DNA of 64,000 nucleotides from an uncultured Chloroflexia bacterium (GTDB lineage Bacteria; Chloroflexota; Anaerolineae; JAAYZQ01). The translations under genes and the position numbers were made by a program. The stretch is taken from the NCBI GenBank assembly GCA_963700285.1, contig CAVOXA010000001.1, forward strand, positions 192,001 to 256,000. The letters run 5' to 3'. Below are positions 13,124 to 23,705 of this stretch, piece by piece. The notes beneath the pieces were generated by a model. The model saw only the letters and a list, made by a program, of their open reading frames with translations, was not told the origin of the DNA and made no database searches. Each line of letters begins with the position of its first letter. Position 1 is the first letter of the stretch.

Positions 13124-14035
13124 ATGCGTGTCGTAGTTGCGCTGGGAGGCAATGCCCTGCTCAAGCGGGGAGAACCGATGACAGCCGATGTGCAGCGGGC
13201 CAATGTCCAAGTGGCCGCCCGGGCCCTGGCGCCCGTGGCCACCGAACACCAGCTTGTCCTCTCACACGGCAACGGGCCCCAGGTGGGCCTCCTGGCCTTG
13301 CAAGGGGCGGCCTTCAAAGAGGTGGAAGCCTACCCGCTGGATGTACTGGGCGCCCAGACCGAGGGCATGATCGGCTACATGATCGAGCAAGAGCTGGGCA
13401 ACCTCCTGCCCTTCGAGGTGCCCTTTGCCACCATTCTGACCATGGTCGAGGTGGATGCGGAGGACCCGGCCTTCAAAGACCCTACCAAGTTCGTCGGGCC
13501 GGTCTACGAGGAAGGGGAGGCCAAGAGGCTGGCCGCTGAGAAGGGCTGGGTCGTCAAGCCAGACGGCAAGATGTGGCGCCGGGTGGTGCCCTCTCCGCTG
13601 CCCAAACGGATCTTTGAGCTGCGGCCCATCAAGTGGCTGCTGGAAAAGGGGACCGTCGTGGTCTGCGCCGGGGGCGGCGGCATTCCGGTCATGTACAAGA
13701 AGGGCGCTGATCGGGTCCTGGTCGGGGTCGAGGCCGTCATCGACAAGGACCGGGCCACAGAGCTGCTGGCCCGCGAACTGGAGGCCGATATGTACATTAT
13801 GGCCACCGACGTGGACGGCGTCTATGTCGACTGGGGCACGCCGCAGGCGCGGCGCATCCACCGCGCCACGCCCGCGGAGATGGATTCCTACGAGTTCGCC
13901 GCGGGTTCGATGGGGCCCAAGGTCGAAGCGGCCTGCACCTTTGTGCGCGAGACTGGCAAACTGGCCGCCATCGGTTCGCTAGCCGACATCGAGGCCATCG
14001 TGAAGGGTGAGGCGGGAACGATTGTGCAGCCATAA
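13124..14035 (+). CDS. arcC: Carbamate kinase
   Basis: [41 protein letters not shown]. Confidence 0.96.
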   Translation: MRVVVALGGNALLKRGEPMTADVQRANVQVAARALAPVATEHQLVLSHGNGPQVGLLALQGAAFKEVEAYPLDVLGAQTEGMIGYMIEQELGNLLPFEVPFATILTMVEVDAEDPAFKDPTKFVGPVYEEGEAKRLAAEKGWVVKPDGKMWRRVVPSPLPKRIFELRPIKWLLEKGTVVVCAGGGGIPVMYKKGADRVLVGVEAVIDKDRATELLARELEADMYIMATDVDGVYVDWGTPQARRIHRATPAEMDSYEFAAGSMGPKVEAACTFVRETGKLAAIGSLADIEAIVKGEAGTIVQP

Positions 14036-14133
14036 AGCCTGGCCAAGGATGGTGCGCCAGAATACTGGCGGCGCATAACACGCTGCGTCACAAGACCTTT
14101 CGTCCTTGGTCTCCAATTGAAAGGAGCCTGAGA

Positions 14134-15366
14134 ATGGCAAACGAATTTGGAGTACACTCAGAAGTAGGGAAACTACGCAAAGTCATCGTCCATCGCCCGG
14201 GGCTGGAGATGCGGCGTTTGACGCCGAGCAACTGCCAGGAGCTCTTGTTCGACGACGTGATCTGGGCGCGCAAGGCGCGAGGGGAACACGATGCCTTTGT
14301 GGACCTGATGCGGGCGGAATTCGGCGTCGACGTCATGCGCGTCCACGAACTGCTCCAGGGCGTCGTGGACGACCCCGAGGGCCGGGCCTATATCCTGGAC
14401 CGCAAGCTGGTGCCGAACGAGGTAGGACCGGGCGGAGCGGTCGAGCTGCGGGCCTGGATGGACGAGATGGACTCGGCCAAGCTGGTCGCCCACCTCATCG
14501 GCGGCGTGACCGTGGCCGAACTGCCCGAGGATTTTCGCAGACTGGCCGAGAAGGCTTACACCGGCACGGAATTCGTGCTGCCGCCGCTGCCCAACCAGCT
14601 CTTCACCCGCGACAGCTCGTGCTGGATCTACAACGGGGTGACGGTCAATCCCATGTTCTGGCCCGCCCGCCGCAAAGAGACGCTGCACCTGACGGCCATC
14701 TACAAGTACCACCCCAGCTTCAAGGGCGGCGATTTCACCATCTGGTGGGGTGACCCTGATGTGGACCACGGCAGCGCCAGCCTCGAGGGCGGCGATGTGA
14801 TGCCCATCGGCAAGGGCGTGGTCCTCATCGGCATGGGCGAGCGGACCACCTACCAGGCCGTCGGCCAGGTGGCCCAGCAGTTGTTCAAGCACAACGGGGC
14901 AGAGCGCGTCATCGCGGCCAAGATGCCGCCCGACCGCGCTAGCATGCACCTGGACACCATCTTTACCTTCTGCGACCGGGACCTGGTGACAATCTATGAG
15001 CCGGTGGTCAACAACATCACGCCTATCAGCTATCGGCCCGGCGACGCCGAGGGCGCACTGGATGTGACCGTCGAGGAGAAGGGCTGGCTGGACGTGGTGC
15101 AAGAGGCGCTGGGTCTCAAGGAACTGCGCGTCGTGCCCACCGGCGGTGACGCCTTTGAGCAGGAACGCGAGCAGTGGGACGACGGCAACAATGTGGTCGC
15201 GCTGCAGCCCGGCCTGGTGGTGGCCTACAATCGCAACGAGTGGACCAATGCCCGGCTGCGCAGGGCCGGCATCACCGTGATGGAGATCGACGGTTCTGAG
15301 CTGGGACGCGGCCGTGGCGGCGGTCACTGCATGACCTGCCCCGTGTTGCGCGATCCGGTCTTCTAG
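14134..15366 (+). CDS. arcA: Arginine deiminase (copy 2)
   Basis: [29 protein letters not shown]. Confidence 0.96.
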   Translation: MANEFGVHSEVGKLRKVIVHRPGLEMRRLTPSNCQELLFDDVIWARKARGEHDAFVDLMRAEFGVDVMRVHELLQGVVDDPEGRAYILDRKLVPNEVGPGGAVELRAWMDEMDSAKLVAHLIGGVTVAELPEDFRRLAEKAYTGTEFVLPPLPNQLFTRDSSCWIYNGVTVNPMFWPARRKETLHLTAIYKYHPSFKGGDFTIWWGDPDVDHGSASLEGGDVMPIGKGVVLIGMGERTTYQAVGQVAQQLFKHNGAERVIAAKMPPDRASMHLDTIFTFCDRDLVTIYEPVVNNITPISYRPGDAEGALDVTVEEKGWLDVVQEALGLKELRVVPTGGDAFEQEREQWDDGNNVVALQPGLVVAYNRNEWTNARLRRAGITVMEIDGSELGRGRGGGHCMTCPVLRDPVF

Positions 15367-15508
15367 CGTGGCTGGAGAAGGACTGGCAGTGCAAGCAACC
15401 GAGGTTGCCGACTGCCAGTCCTATTCTGAGGTTAGCACACTTTCGCCCATCCCAAGTACGCGAGGCCTTGGCGTTTCGCGAGAAACGCTGAAGGTAAGGA
15501 GGAGAGAG

Positions 15509-17059
15509 ATGTCTGAAGAGAAAGAACGTACAGTCAGGTCACCATCCTTCTTCGATGCGTTGATTCCCATTATCGCCCTGGTCATCCTGCTGGTACTCGC
15601 CATCGGTCTATACGGAGACGAAGGCATCTCCGGACCGATCCAGGTGGCATTGATCCTGAGCATGTTGGTGGCGGGGCTGGTTGGCCTCAAGAACGGCCAC
15701 AGCTGGGCGGACATGGGCAAAGCCGCCGTGGAGGGGATCTCGACCGCCATGGGGGCTATCTTTATCCTGCTGGCGGTGGGCGCGCTGGTTGGCACCTGGA
15801 GCATGTCGGGCACGGTGGTCACTATCGTGCACTTGGGGGTCCAGTTCTTGAGCGCGAGTTGGTACTACCTGGCTGCGGCCTTGATCTGTGCCGTATTGGC
15901 GCTCAGCATCGGCAGCGCCTGGACGGTGGCCGGTACCCTGGGAGTGGGCCTCATCGGCATCGCCGAAGCGCTTGGCGTGTCGACAGAGATCACGGCCGGA
16001 GCCGTCATTTCGGGCGCATACTTTGGCGACAAGATGTCGCCCCTCTCAGAGACAACCAACCTGGCGCCAGCCGTGGCCGGCACCGATCTATATACCCATA
16101 TCAAGGGCATGATCTGGACCACGCTGCCCTCGATCCTGCTCGCCCTGGTCATCTTTGGCGTTCTTGGCTACACCGGGGAGTACACGGTTCCCCTGGACCT
16201 TACCGAGGTGCTGAAAGCGATCGAGAGCGTCTTCTATGTAGGCTTCTGGACGTTGATTCCCCTGCTTCTGGTTCTGGTCCTGTCGCTGTTAAGATTTCCC
16301 GCTTTTCCGACCATCATGCTTGGCGCTCTGGTGGGCGGGCTCACGGCCATAGTCCTGCAGCCGGACGTGGTCCTGGCCTTTGTCAATGACCCCAGTCTCA
16401 GTACACCAGTCGCAATGCTCAAGGGCATCTGGTCGGCGATGGCCACGGGCTTTGAACTGGACACCGGGTACGAAGGCTTGAATACCTTGCTGAACCGGGG
16501 CGGAATGTCCAGCATGCTGGAGACGGTGTGGCTGATCCTCAGCGCCATGGCCTTTGGCGGCGTGATGGAGTACACGGGGTTGCTCGCCCGCCTGATCCAG
16601 CCGGTCGTAGAATGGGCCAAAGGAGACAGGCGACTTGTCGCGGCCACAGGTCTGACGTCCATCGGCACAAACATAATAGCCGGCGACCAGTACATGGCCA
16701 TCGTGCTGCCGGGTAGGATGTATCGAGAGATCTACCAGGAAAGAGGCATCGCCCCGGAGACACTCTCGCGCGAGATAGAGGATACCGGCACCATCACCTC
16801 GCCGTTAGTCCCGTGGAACAGTTGCGGGGCTTACATGTCCGCGACGTTGGGCATCGCCACCATGGCCTACCTGCCTTTCTGTTTCTTTAACCTGATCAAC
16901 GTGCTGGTCTCGTTCCTCTATGCCATCCTGGGCTTCCAGATCAAGCACGTAGAGCCGGAGCAAGTGCTTGAAGAACCACCGGAAGAAGCCACCTGGCGGG
17001 CCATCGGTGGACGAAGGGTGGAGCCCACCGAGCACGAGGCGGCAGTCAGGGGAGGTTGA
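15509..17059 (+). CDS. NhaC-family antiporter, possibly an arginine/ornithine exchanger
   Basis: GAYFGDKMSPLSETT, IEDTGT, LVPWN motifs; RBS AGGAGG before ATG at 15509. Confidence 0.88.
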   Translation: MSEEKERTVRSPSFFDALIPIIALVILLVLAIGLYGDEGISGPIQVALILSMLVAGLVGLKNGHSWADMGKAAVEGISTAMGAIFILLAVGALVGTWSMSGTVVTIVHLGVQFLSASWYYLAAALICAVLALSIGSAWTVAGTLGVGLIGIAEALGVSTEITAGAVISGAYFGDKMSPLSETTNLAPAVAGTDLYTHIKGMIWTTLPSILLALVIFGVLGYTGEYTVPLDLTEVLKAIESVFYVGFWTLIPLLLVLVLSLLRFPAFPTIMLGALVGGLTAIVLQPDVVLAFVNDPSLSTPVAMLKGIWSAMATGFELDTGYEGLNTLLNRGGMSSMLETVWLILSAMAFGGVMEYTGLLARLIQPVVEWAKGDRRLVAATGLTSIGTNIIAGDQYMAIVLPGRMYREIYQERGIAPETLSREIEDTGTITSPLVPWNSCGAYMSATLGIATMAYLPFCFFNLINVLVSFLYAILGFQIKHVEPEQVLEEPPEEATWRAIGGRRVEPTEHEAAVRGG

Positions 17060-17250
17060 TCGGGATACGGTCTGATATGTCCCGATGAACAGGTCGGTGC
17101 AGAACATCATCCAGCCGCGGATGATGGGCGAGCAGCTGCAGTTCTCACCGGAGTTGTGTTTGTCTCCCGCTTTGTCAGGGTTGGCTACTGGGCAGCATCG
17201 GCGCCATCCTGGCCGGGCCCATGACCAACGCCGGATTCTCTTCGTCACCT

Positions 17251-17279
17251 TTGACAAAAGCTCACTGTGGTGCTAGAAT
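17251..17279 (+). promoter_or_regulatory. sigma70 promoter giving a probable leaderless mRNA
   Basis: TTGACA-17-TAGAAT with TGn extension; ATG begins 7 nt after the -10 box; no RBS. Confidence 0.7.
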
Positions 17280-17285
17280 CGGCTC

Positions 17286-18435
17286 ATGAGCGCGGACAGC
17301 CTACCCTTATTGATCATGACCGGTGTCAGCGAGGGCAGCGAGCCGGAACGGATGGTGAGCGAGGCCAGGCAGGCCGCAACGTTGGACCTGGTAGAGAGGG
17401 CGATGGCGATACCCAGCCTGAAACCGATCGTCGTCTCTACCAATTCGCCGGCCTTTGCCCGCAGGCTGGCCGAGTTTCCCATTGACGTTGAGCTGGACCC
17501 GCCGGGCGAGCCCTTTCATTTCGGAGAGCGGCTCACAGCGTTGATCGCGCGCTATGGCATGGACCGCTGCTTCTACATGGGTGGCGGCGCCGGCCCGCTG
17601 CTGCCGGCCGCCGACATGGCCGCCATCGCTCAGGATCTACTGGCCGCCGAGCGGCTGCTGATCACCAACAACTTTTACTCGGCCGATTTCGCCGCCTTTC
17701 GCCCTACTTCGGTGCTGCTGGACCAGCCCTTGCCTGACAAGGACAACGAGCTAGGCTGGCTGCTGGGCGAGGATGCGGGCCTGCCCATCCGTGAGCTGCC
17801 CCGCAGCGGCGCCACCCAGTTCGACATAGACACCCCGATGGATCTGCTCACGCTGGCCATCCACCCTGACGCCGGCCCCCACGCCCGTGCCTGCCTGGAT
17901 AGCTTGACGCTGGATACCTCCGCCCTGGAGTCGGCCCTACCCTTGATGCTCGACCGCGATGCGACCATTCTCATCGCCGGCCGGGTGGGCTCGGCCACCT
18001 GGCACTATTTGGAGCGGGAGACCGCCTGCAGCACGCGGGTCATCTCTGAGGAACGGGGCATGCGGGCCAGCGGGCGACAGGCCCGGGGCGAGGTACGCAG
18101 CCTGCTGGGTTACTATTTGGATGCGGTGGGCTTGGAGCGTTTCTTTCAAGCTCTGGCCACGATGGGCCAAGCGGTGTTCCTGGATAACCGCGTGATCTTG
18201 GCCCATCAGGGCCTGTGGCCCTCGGCCGCCGACCGCTTCCACTCCGACCTGCGCCAGCCGGCCCAGATCTACCGACCCCTTTCTGCGAGCGCTGACCGAG
18301 GCGGCCATGGCCGCGCCGGTGCCGGTCATCATGGGCGGCCATTCGCTGGTGTCAGGGGGCATGTACGCCCTGGTCGAGGCAGCCTGGGCGCGGGGCCACG
18401 ACGTGCCGCGGCATGTAGTGCCTCAAGCAGACTGA
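17286..18435 (+). CDS. CofC-like / GT-A fold protein with an extra C-terminal domain (frameshift near 18270)
   Basis: FDIDTPMDL motif; shifted frame continues DPFLRALTEAA...GGHSLVSGG to TGA at 18433-18435. Confidence 0.6.
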
Positions 18436-18564
18436 GCACAGTTCCAACCTTCGATGTACACAAAGGCAACTAGCCAATTGGCAGTTGCGACGCGAACCGT
18501 TCGGTGATACAATTGGCGGCAACCACCAAACTCTATAGCGAACCAACACAAAGGAGTGTCTTCT

Positions 18565-21500
18565 ATGCCAAATGAAGAATACTGGGACGCTTATCTCGGG
18601 GTCGACCTGGAACAGGTGGACCCCGACATCGATCTGATCATCGACTTTGAGGAGGAGCGCCAGGCCCGCAAGCTGATCATGATCCCCTCCGAGTCGATGG
18701 CGCCCAAAGCGGTGCGCGACGGCGCTGGGCAGCGTTTTCAACAACGTCTACGCCGAGGGCTATCCCCCCCTGCGCATGACGCGCGACGACGGAAGCCCTG
18801 CTGCTCGACATGGCCCACCAACTGGCCTACTACCGCCGCTACGCCGACCGCCGCTTCTACAAGGGTGTGGACTATGTCCACTTTGTCGAGACGCTGGCCC
18901 AGCGCCGCGGCCGCGGACTGTTTTGCCAACGAGCGGGTGGGGTCCAGCGACATCTATGTCAACGTCCAGCCCCTCTCCGGCGCGGCGGCCAACCTGGCCG
19001 TCTATGACACGCGTGGTCGACGTGGGCGACGTGGTCATGGGCATGGACCTCTACCAGGGCGGCCACCTGACCCACGGCAGCGAGTTCAACTTTTCCGGCA
19101 AGCGCTACCACGTGGTCAGCTATGGCGTCAGCAAACGCACCGGCAAGCTGGACTATGACGAGATCCGCGACCTGGCCCGCGAGCACAAGCCCAAGATGAT
19201 CATCGCCGGCTTCACCTCCTACACCTGGGCGCCCGATTGGGAGGCATTTGCCGACATCGCCCACGAGGTGGGCGCCATGCTTCTGGCCGACATCAGCCAC
19301 CCGGCCGGCATGGCCATCGCCGGCGCCTTCCCCAGCCCGGTGGGCATCGCCGACGTGATCACCTTTACCACCCACAAGACCCTCTGCGGCCCGCGCGGCG
19401 CCGTGATCATGATGCACCGACGAGGATCTGGCCAACCGCATCGACATGGCCGTCTTTCCCGGCGAGCAGGGCGGCCCGCACACCCAGAAGTTCGCGGCCA
19501 TGGCCGTGGCCTTCAAGATCGCCCAGATCCGAGCCGTTCAAGCGGCTCCAGTGGCAAGATCAAGGAGAACGCCGCCGCCCTGGCCGAGGGTCTGCGAGAA
19601 GCGCGGCCTGACGCTGGCCTACGGCGGCACCGACACCCATTTCTGCATGCTCGATCTGAACGGCGTCAAGACCGACACCGGCTTTCCCCTGCGCGGCGAG
19701 CCGGCGGTGCGCATCCTGGACATGGCCGGCATCGTGGCCAACAAGAACACCATCCCCGGCGACGAGGAGACGGCCCTGGCCATGGGCATCCGCCTGGGCA
19801 CGCCCTGGCTCACCCAGCGCGGCTTTGGCCCGGCCGAGATGGACGAGGTGGCCCGCCTGATCCACAAGACGGTGACCAACATCCAGCCCTTCAGCTACAT
19901 CGGCCTGGCCGGCGAGCTGCCGCGCGGCAAGATCGACCTGGATCTGTTCGAGGAGATCAAGCACGAGGTGGCGGATCTGGCGGCCCAGGGGCGTCGCCGA
20001 GACGGAGGACAGGGGCAGCGAATACCCCCACTACTACGAGCTGGTCAACACCGCACCCGGCCCCTATCCGGGCCTGCAACCGGCCGACGGCCCCGGCCTG
20101 GAGGCCGAGCTGGAGGCCGCCCGCACGGGCGCTGCCCTGCTTCGACCTGAGCGACTGCGGCCTGCTGCATGGTGGACGGGCGACCGGGCCGAGCCTCCCT
20201 GCAGCAGATCCTGACCAGCGACGTGTCGGCGCCTGGCGCCGGGCGAATGCCAGGCTCGGCTTTCATGCTGGACGAAGACGCCCAGGTGATCGACGACGTT
20301 TCGATCCTGCGCCTGCCGCCCGACGACCTCGGCCGCGACCGCTACCTGCTCCTGCACCAACCCGGAGAACCACGAGCGGGTCAAGGCCTGGCTGCGGGCC
20401 CTGGGCGATGGCTACACCCTCTTTGACCAGGAGGACCTGTTCCGCAAGGTGGAAGGCCCCCTCATCGTCGAGGACCTGCGCCAGGTGGAGCAGGCCCAGT
20501 GCACTGTGGCCCTCGGCCTGCGGGGGCCCAAGGGCAGCTCAGATCGTCGGACTCTGTCGGCGAGATGCCCGGCTGCCAGTTCCGCCTCGGCGACGAATCA
20601 CGTCGAGCTGGCAGTACCGGCCGGCCAAGTCCAGGCAGTGTACGACCGGCTGCTCGAGGCCGGCGCCACCCCGGCCAGCCGGGAGGCGCGGCAGGGCCCT
20701 GCGCACCGAGGCCGGCCTGCCCGACTACAGCCTGTATCCGGGCTACGGGCCCGATTCGGGGCGGCCCACGGGCCTGGACCTGTACAGGGCCGGCCACCAG
20801 GAGCGCTTTGAGCTGCGCGTGCCCTACTTTGTCGGCTGCCGCAACCTGGATCCCGGTGCGCACCGACCCCGAATCTGCCCGAGTTCCAGTGGGAGGATCC
20901 GGAGGACGCCCCACTGCAGCGCACGCCCCTCTACGAGTGGCACAAGGCCCACACCCGCAAGGTCATCCCCTTTGCCGGCTGGGAGATGCCGGTCTGGTAC
21001 ACGGGCGTCCTCGACGAGCACAACGCCGTCCGCAAGGCGGCCGGCCTGTTCGACGTGGCCCACATGGGCGTGTTTGAGATCAGCGGCCCCCACGCCACCG
21101 AGTTCCTGGACCTGGTGCTGCACCAACTATGTCCGCTGGTTCGCGCCGGGCGAGAGCTTCTACAGCTACCTGCTCGACCCCGACGGCCAGCGTCATCGAC
21201 GACCTGATGGTCTACCGCCGCGGCCAGGACCTCTACCTGATGGTGGTCAACGCCGCCAACGCCGACAAGGACTGGGCCTGGCTCAACGCCGTCAACGACG
21301 GCGAGGTGCTGATCGACCGCGCAGCGACCCGACCTGCGGGTGCTGCGCCCGGCCACGCTGCGCAACCTGAAGGATCCCGCCTGCGGCGCCGACATGCGCG
21401 TCGACCTGGCGCTCCAGGGCCCGGCCTCGCTGGCCATCCTGCAGAGCCTGACCGACGACTGCGCGGCTGCAGGACCGGCTGGCCCGCGTGCCCAAGACCG

Positions 21501-22223
21501 GCCTGATCGAGTGCGAGCTGGGCCTGGCCGGACGTTTGACCTGGTCATCGCCCGCACCGGCTACACCGGCGAGGACATCGGCTACGAGATCTTTGTCCAC
21601 CCCGACCGGGCGGTGGCCTTCTGGGAGACGCTGCTGGAGGCGGGCGAGCCCTTTGGCCTGCAGCCCTGCGGCCTGGCCTGCCGCGACTCGACGCGCACCG
21701 AGGCCGGCCTGCCCCTCTACGGCCACGAGCTGGCCGGCCCGTTCGACATCTCGCCGGCCGGGCGCCGGGTTCGGCTCCTACGTCAAGCTGCACAAGCCCT
21801 ACTTTATCGGCCGCGCGGCGCTACCTCGAGCGGCGAAAAGACGCGCGACGATGGAGATCGCCCGCTTCCGCATGAACGAGCAAGGGCGTGCGCATGCCCA
21901 AGACCGGCGACCCGGTGGTCAACCGCAAGGGCCGGGCCATCGGCTGGGTGACCAGCGCCGCCGTGGACGTGGATGGACGGATCCTGGGCCTGGCCTACAT
22001 CGAGAGCCGCTACCACCGCGAGGGCGACGAGATTGGCATCTTTAGCCTGCCGGCGCGCCCGGTCGTGGAGAAGGAGGACAAGGCCGACCTGGAGCCCGGC
22101 GACACGATCCAGCTGCCCGACGCGGCCACGATCCTGACGCGCTTCCCCGACGACGACGAGCGCTCCCACTGGCGTGGCGAAAAGGTGGAATCCGCACCCA
22201 GATTCCTGCCGGCGGGTGAATAG
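18565..22223 (+). CDS. glyA-gcvT: Serine hydroxymethyltransferase fused to a degenerate GcvT-like domain and a full GcvT aminomethyltransferase (multiple frameshifts)
   Basis: [34 protein letters not shown] (PLP Lys), GIRLGTP; then [23 protein letters not shown]; then [41 protein letters not shown]. Confidence 0.82.
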
Positions 22224-22242
22224 GGACACTTTATTGCACAAG

Positions 22243-22274
22243 AGAAAGCCCCTCCCACGGGAGGGGCTTTCTTT
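22243..22274. terminator. Bidirectional intrinsic terminator
   Basis: AGAAAGCCCCTCCC-AC-GGGAGGGGCTTTCT between convergent genes. Confidence 0.85.
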
Positions 22275-22351
22275 GCAGATCTAACCAATCGACAGTACTT
22301 GCACCAATCGAGTACGGTGCAATCTGAGCCAAGGCCAAAGGGATGGACCGG

Positions 22352-23194
22352 CTATTCTCCCTCTTTTGCTGACAGTTCCTTTGCTACATCCCCCATCCGA
22401 GCAAAGCGAGCGGTGCCCTCATCGAGAACATGCTGGATGAATCGCTCCAGAAGCGCCATCCGGTGGCCGCGTCCGATCACCTGGGGGTGCATGGTCAGGG
22501 TAAAGACCCCGTCCTCCTCGTGCTTGACCATATAGTCAAAGTCACCGGCCCAGATCTCAAAGACCTTGGACGGAGCAGAGAGCCCCACCCGCAGCGGATC
22601 AAAGTTGAAGGTAAAGTGGGGCCAGTCGTCCAAGCAAAAGTCCACGGGGAACTCCCAGAGGTCCACCTCTTGCCCCATCCGCAGCGGCTCCGTGATGCCC
22701 ACCCGATCCCCAAGGCGGGGGTGGTAAGGATGGTAGTCTTCGGCAAAGAGGCTGGAATCGTAGAGGAATCCATACTCCACCAGCAGGGGTAGGGTAGCGG
22801 TGCTATAGTCCCAGGAGGGGGAGCGATAGCCCAGGGGCGGCCCATCCAGGAACCGTTCCAGGACGGCCAAGCCCCACTCCAGGCTGCGTCGCTCTTCGTC
22901 CGGGCTCTGTGCGCCGGGGTTCTCGTGCCCGTAGCCGTGATGGGCCACCTCGTGACCGGCTTTCAGGATCTCGTCGACCGTGCCGGGGAAGGATTCGGCG
23001 GTGTGCCCGGGGACGAAAAAAGTGGCTGGCAGGTCGTGGGCGGCCAGCAGATCCAGGATACGGGGTACGGCGATCCGCGCCCCATATTCACCCCGTGACT
23101 GCATCGCCGGCGTGGCCGGGTGATAGCTGCTCAGCCAAACACTGAGCGCGTCAAAGTCAAAGGTCAGGCAGATGGTATAAGGCTTGGTATCCAT
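22352..23194 (-). CDS. Polysaccharide deacetylase family (PgdA/PuuE-like) amidohydrolase
   Basis: TFDFD, ATFFVPG, HEVAHHGYGH, GYRSP, YDSS, TMHP motifs. Confidence 0.87.
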   Translation of the reverse strand: MDTKPYTICLTFDFDALSVWLSSYHPATPAMQSRGEYGARIAVPRILDLLAAHDLPATFFVPGHTAESFPGTVDEILKAGHEVAHHGYGHENPGAQSPDEERRSLEWGLAVLERFLDGPPLGYRSPSWDYSTATLPLLVEYGFLYDSSLFAEDYHPYHPRLGDRVGITEPLRMGQEVDLWEFPVDFCLDDWPHFTFNFDPLRVGLSAPSKVFEIWAGDFDYMVKHEEDGVFTLTMHPQVIGRGHRMALLERFIQHVLDEGTARFARMGDVAKELSAKEGE

Positions 23195-23381
23195 AGATTC
23201 CCTCCACTCACGGTGCGGTTCTTATTGGATCGATTGACGACGAGCAAACGCCTCTGTTGCGGCGTTCCAGCCTCACACAGTTCGGAGTAGGTTCGCAGGA
23301 CCGCAACGGGCCCGCTATCGCGCCTGCTGCCGCAATGCGCTAGTCACGGACCAGCCTGGAGCGCTGGATTGCCGTCTACAG

Positions 23382-23410
23382 AGTATATCATGGCCCCTGC
23401 GCATGGTCAA
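23382..23410 (-). promoter_or_regulatory. sigma70 promoter for the deacetylase gene
   Basis: Minus strand TTGACC-17-TATACT with TGn extension. Confidence 0.6.
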
Positions 23411-23499
23411 TCCAGAAGGAGGCACGTTTCGTTGCCCCCTGCAGATGGCCACGAGACAGTCAAAAGCAAGCTGCTGAGCCCAGGGCGATTTCGCTCAAG

Positions 23500-23528
23500 T
23501 TGACAAATTCGGGAACAGGCTGTATAAT
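23500..23528 (+). promoter_or_regulatory. Consensus sigma70 promoter for the ABC operon
   Basis: TTGACA-17-TATAAT. Confidence 0.8.
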
Positions 23529-23705
23529 GATTGTGCTGTGAATCGAATAGGGTCCTCACTTGATCTCCTGACGCAGTCGGGTTGCCGCATGCTGGACGTG
23601 GGTGAACAGCAGACTCTGCCATTGTCTGAGTGGCTAGACTCGGCTGTTATGCATTTTGGTGTATCACTGTCGACTGTACCGGAATAGATGAAAGGGAGGA
23701 AAAAG

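Noticed and set aside
18776-21370. 864 aa ORF as an independent novel protein
   Set aside because: A mosaic of in-frame SHMT/GcvT segments and off-frame Arg/Pro-rich junk produced by indels.
23535-23700. Guanidine-I (ykkC) riboswitch in the SBP leader
   Set aside because: TAGGGTCC resembles the 5' part, but the conserved 3' AAAAGCCCGG element is absent.
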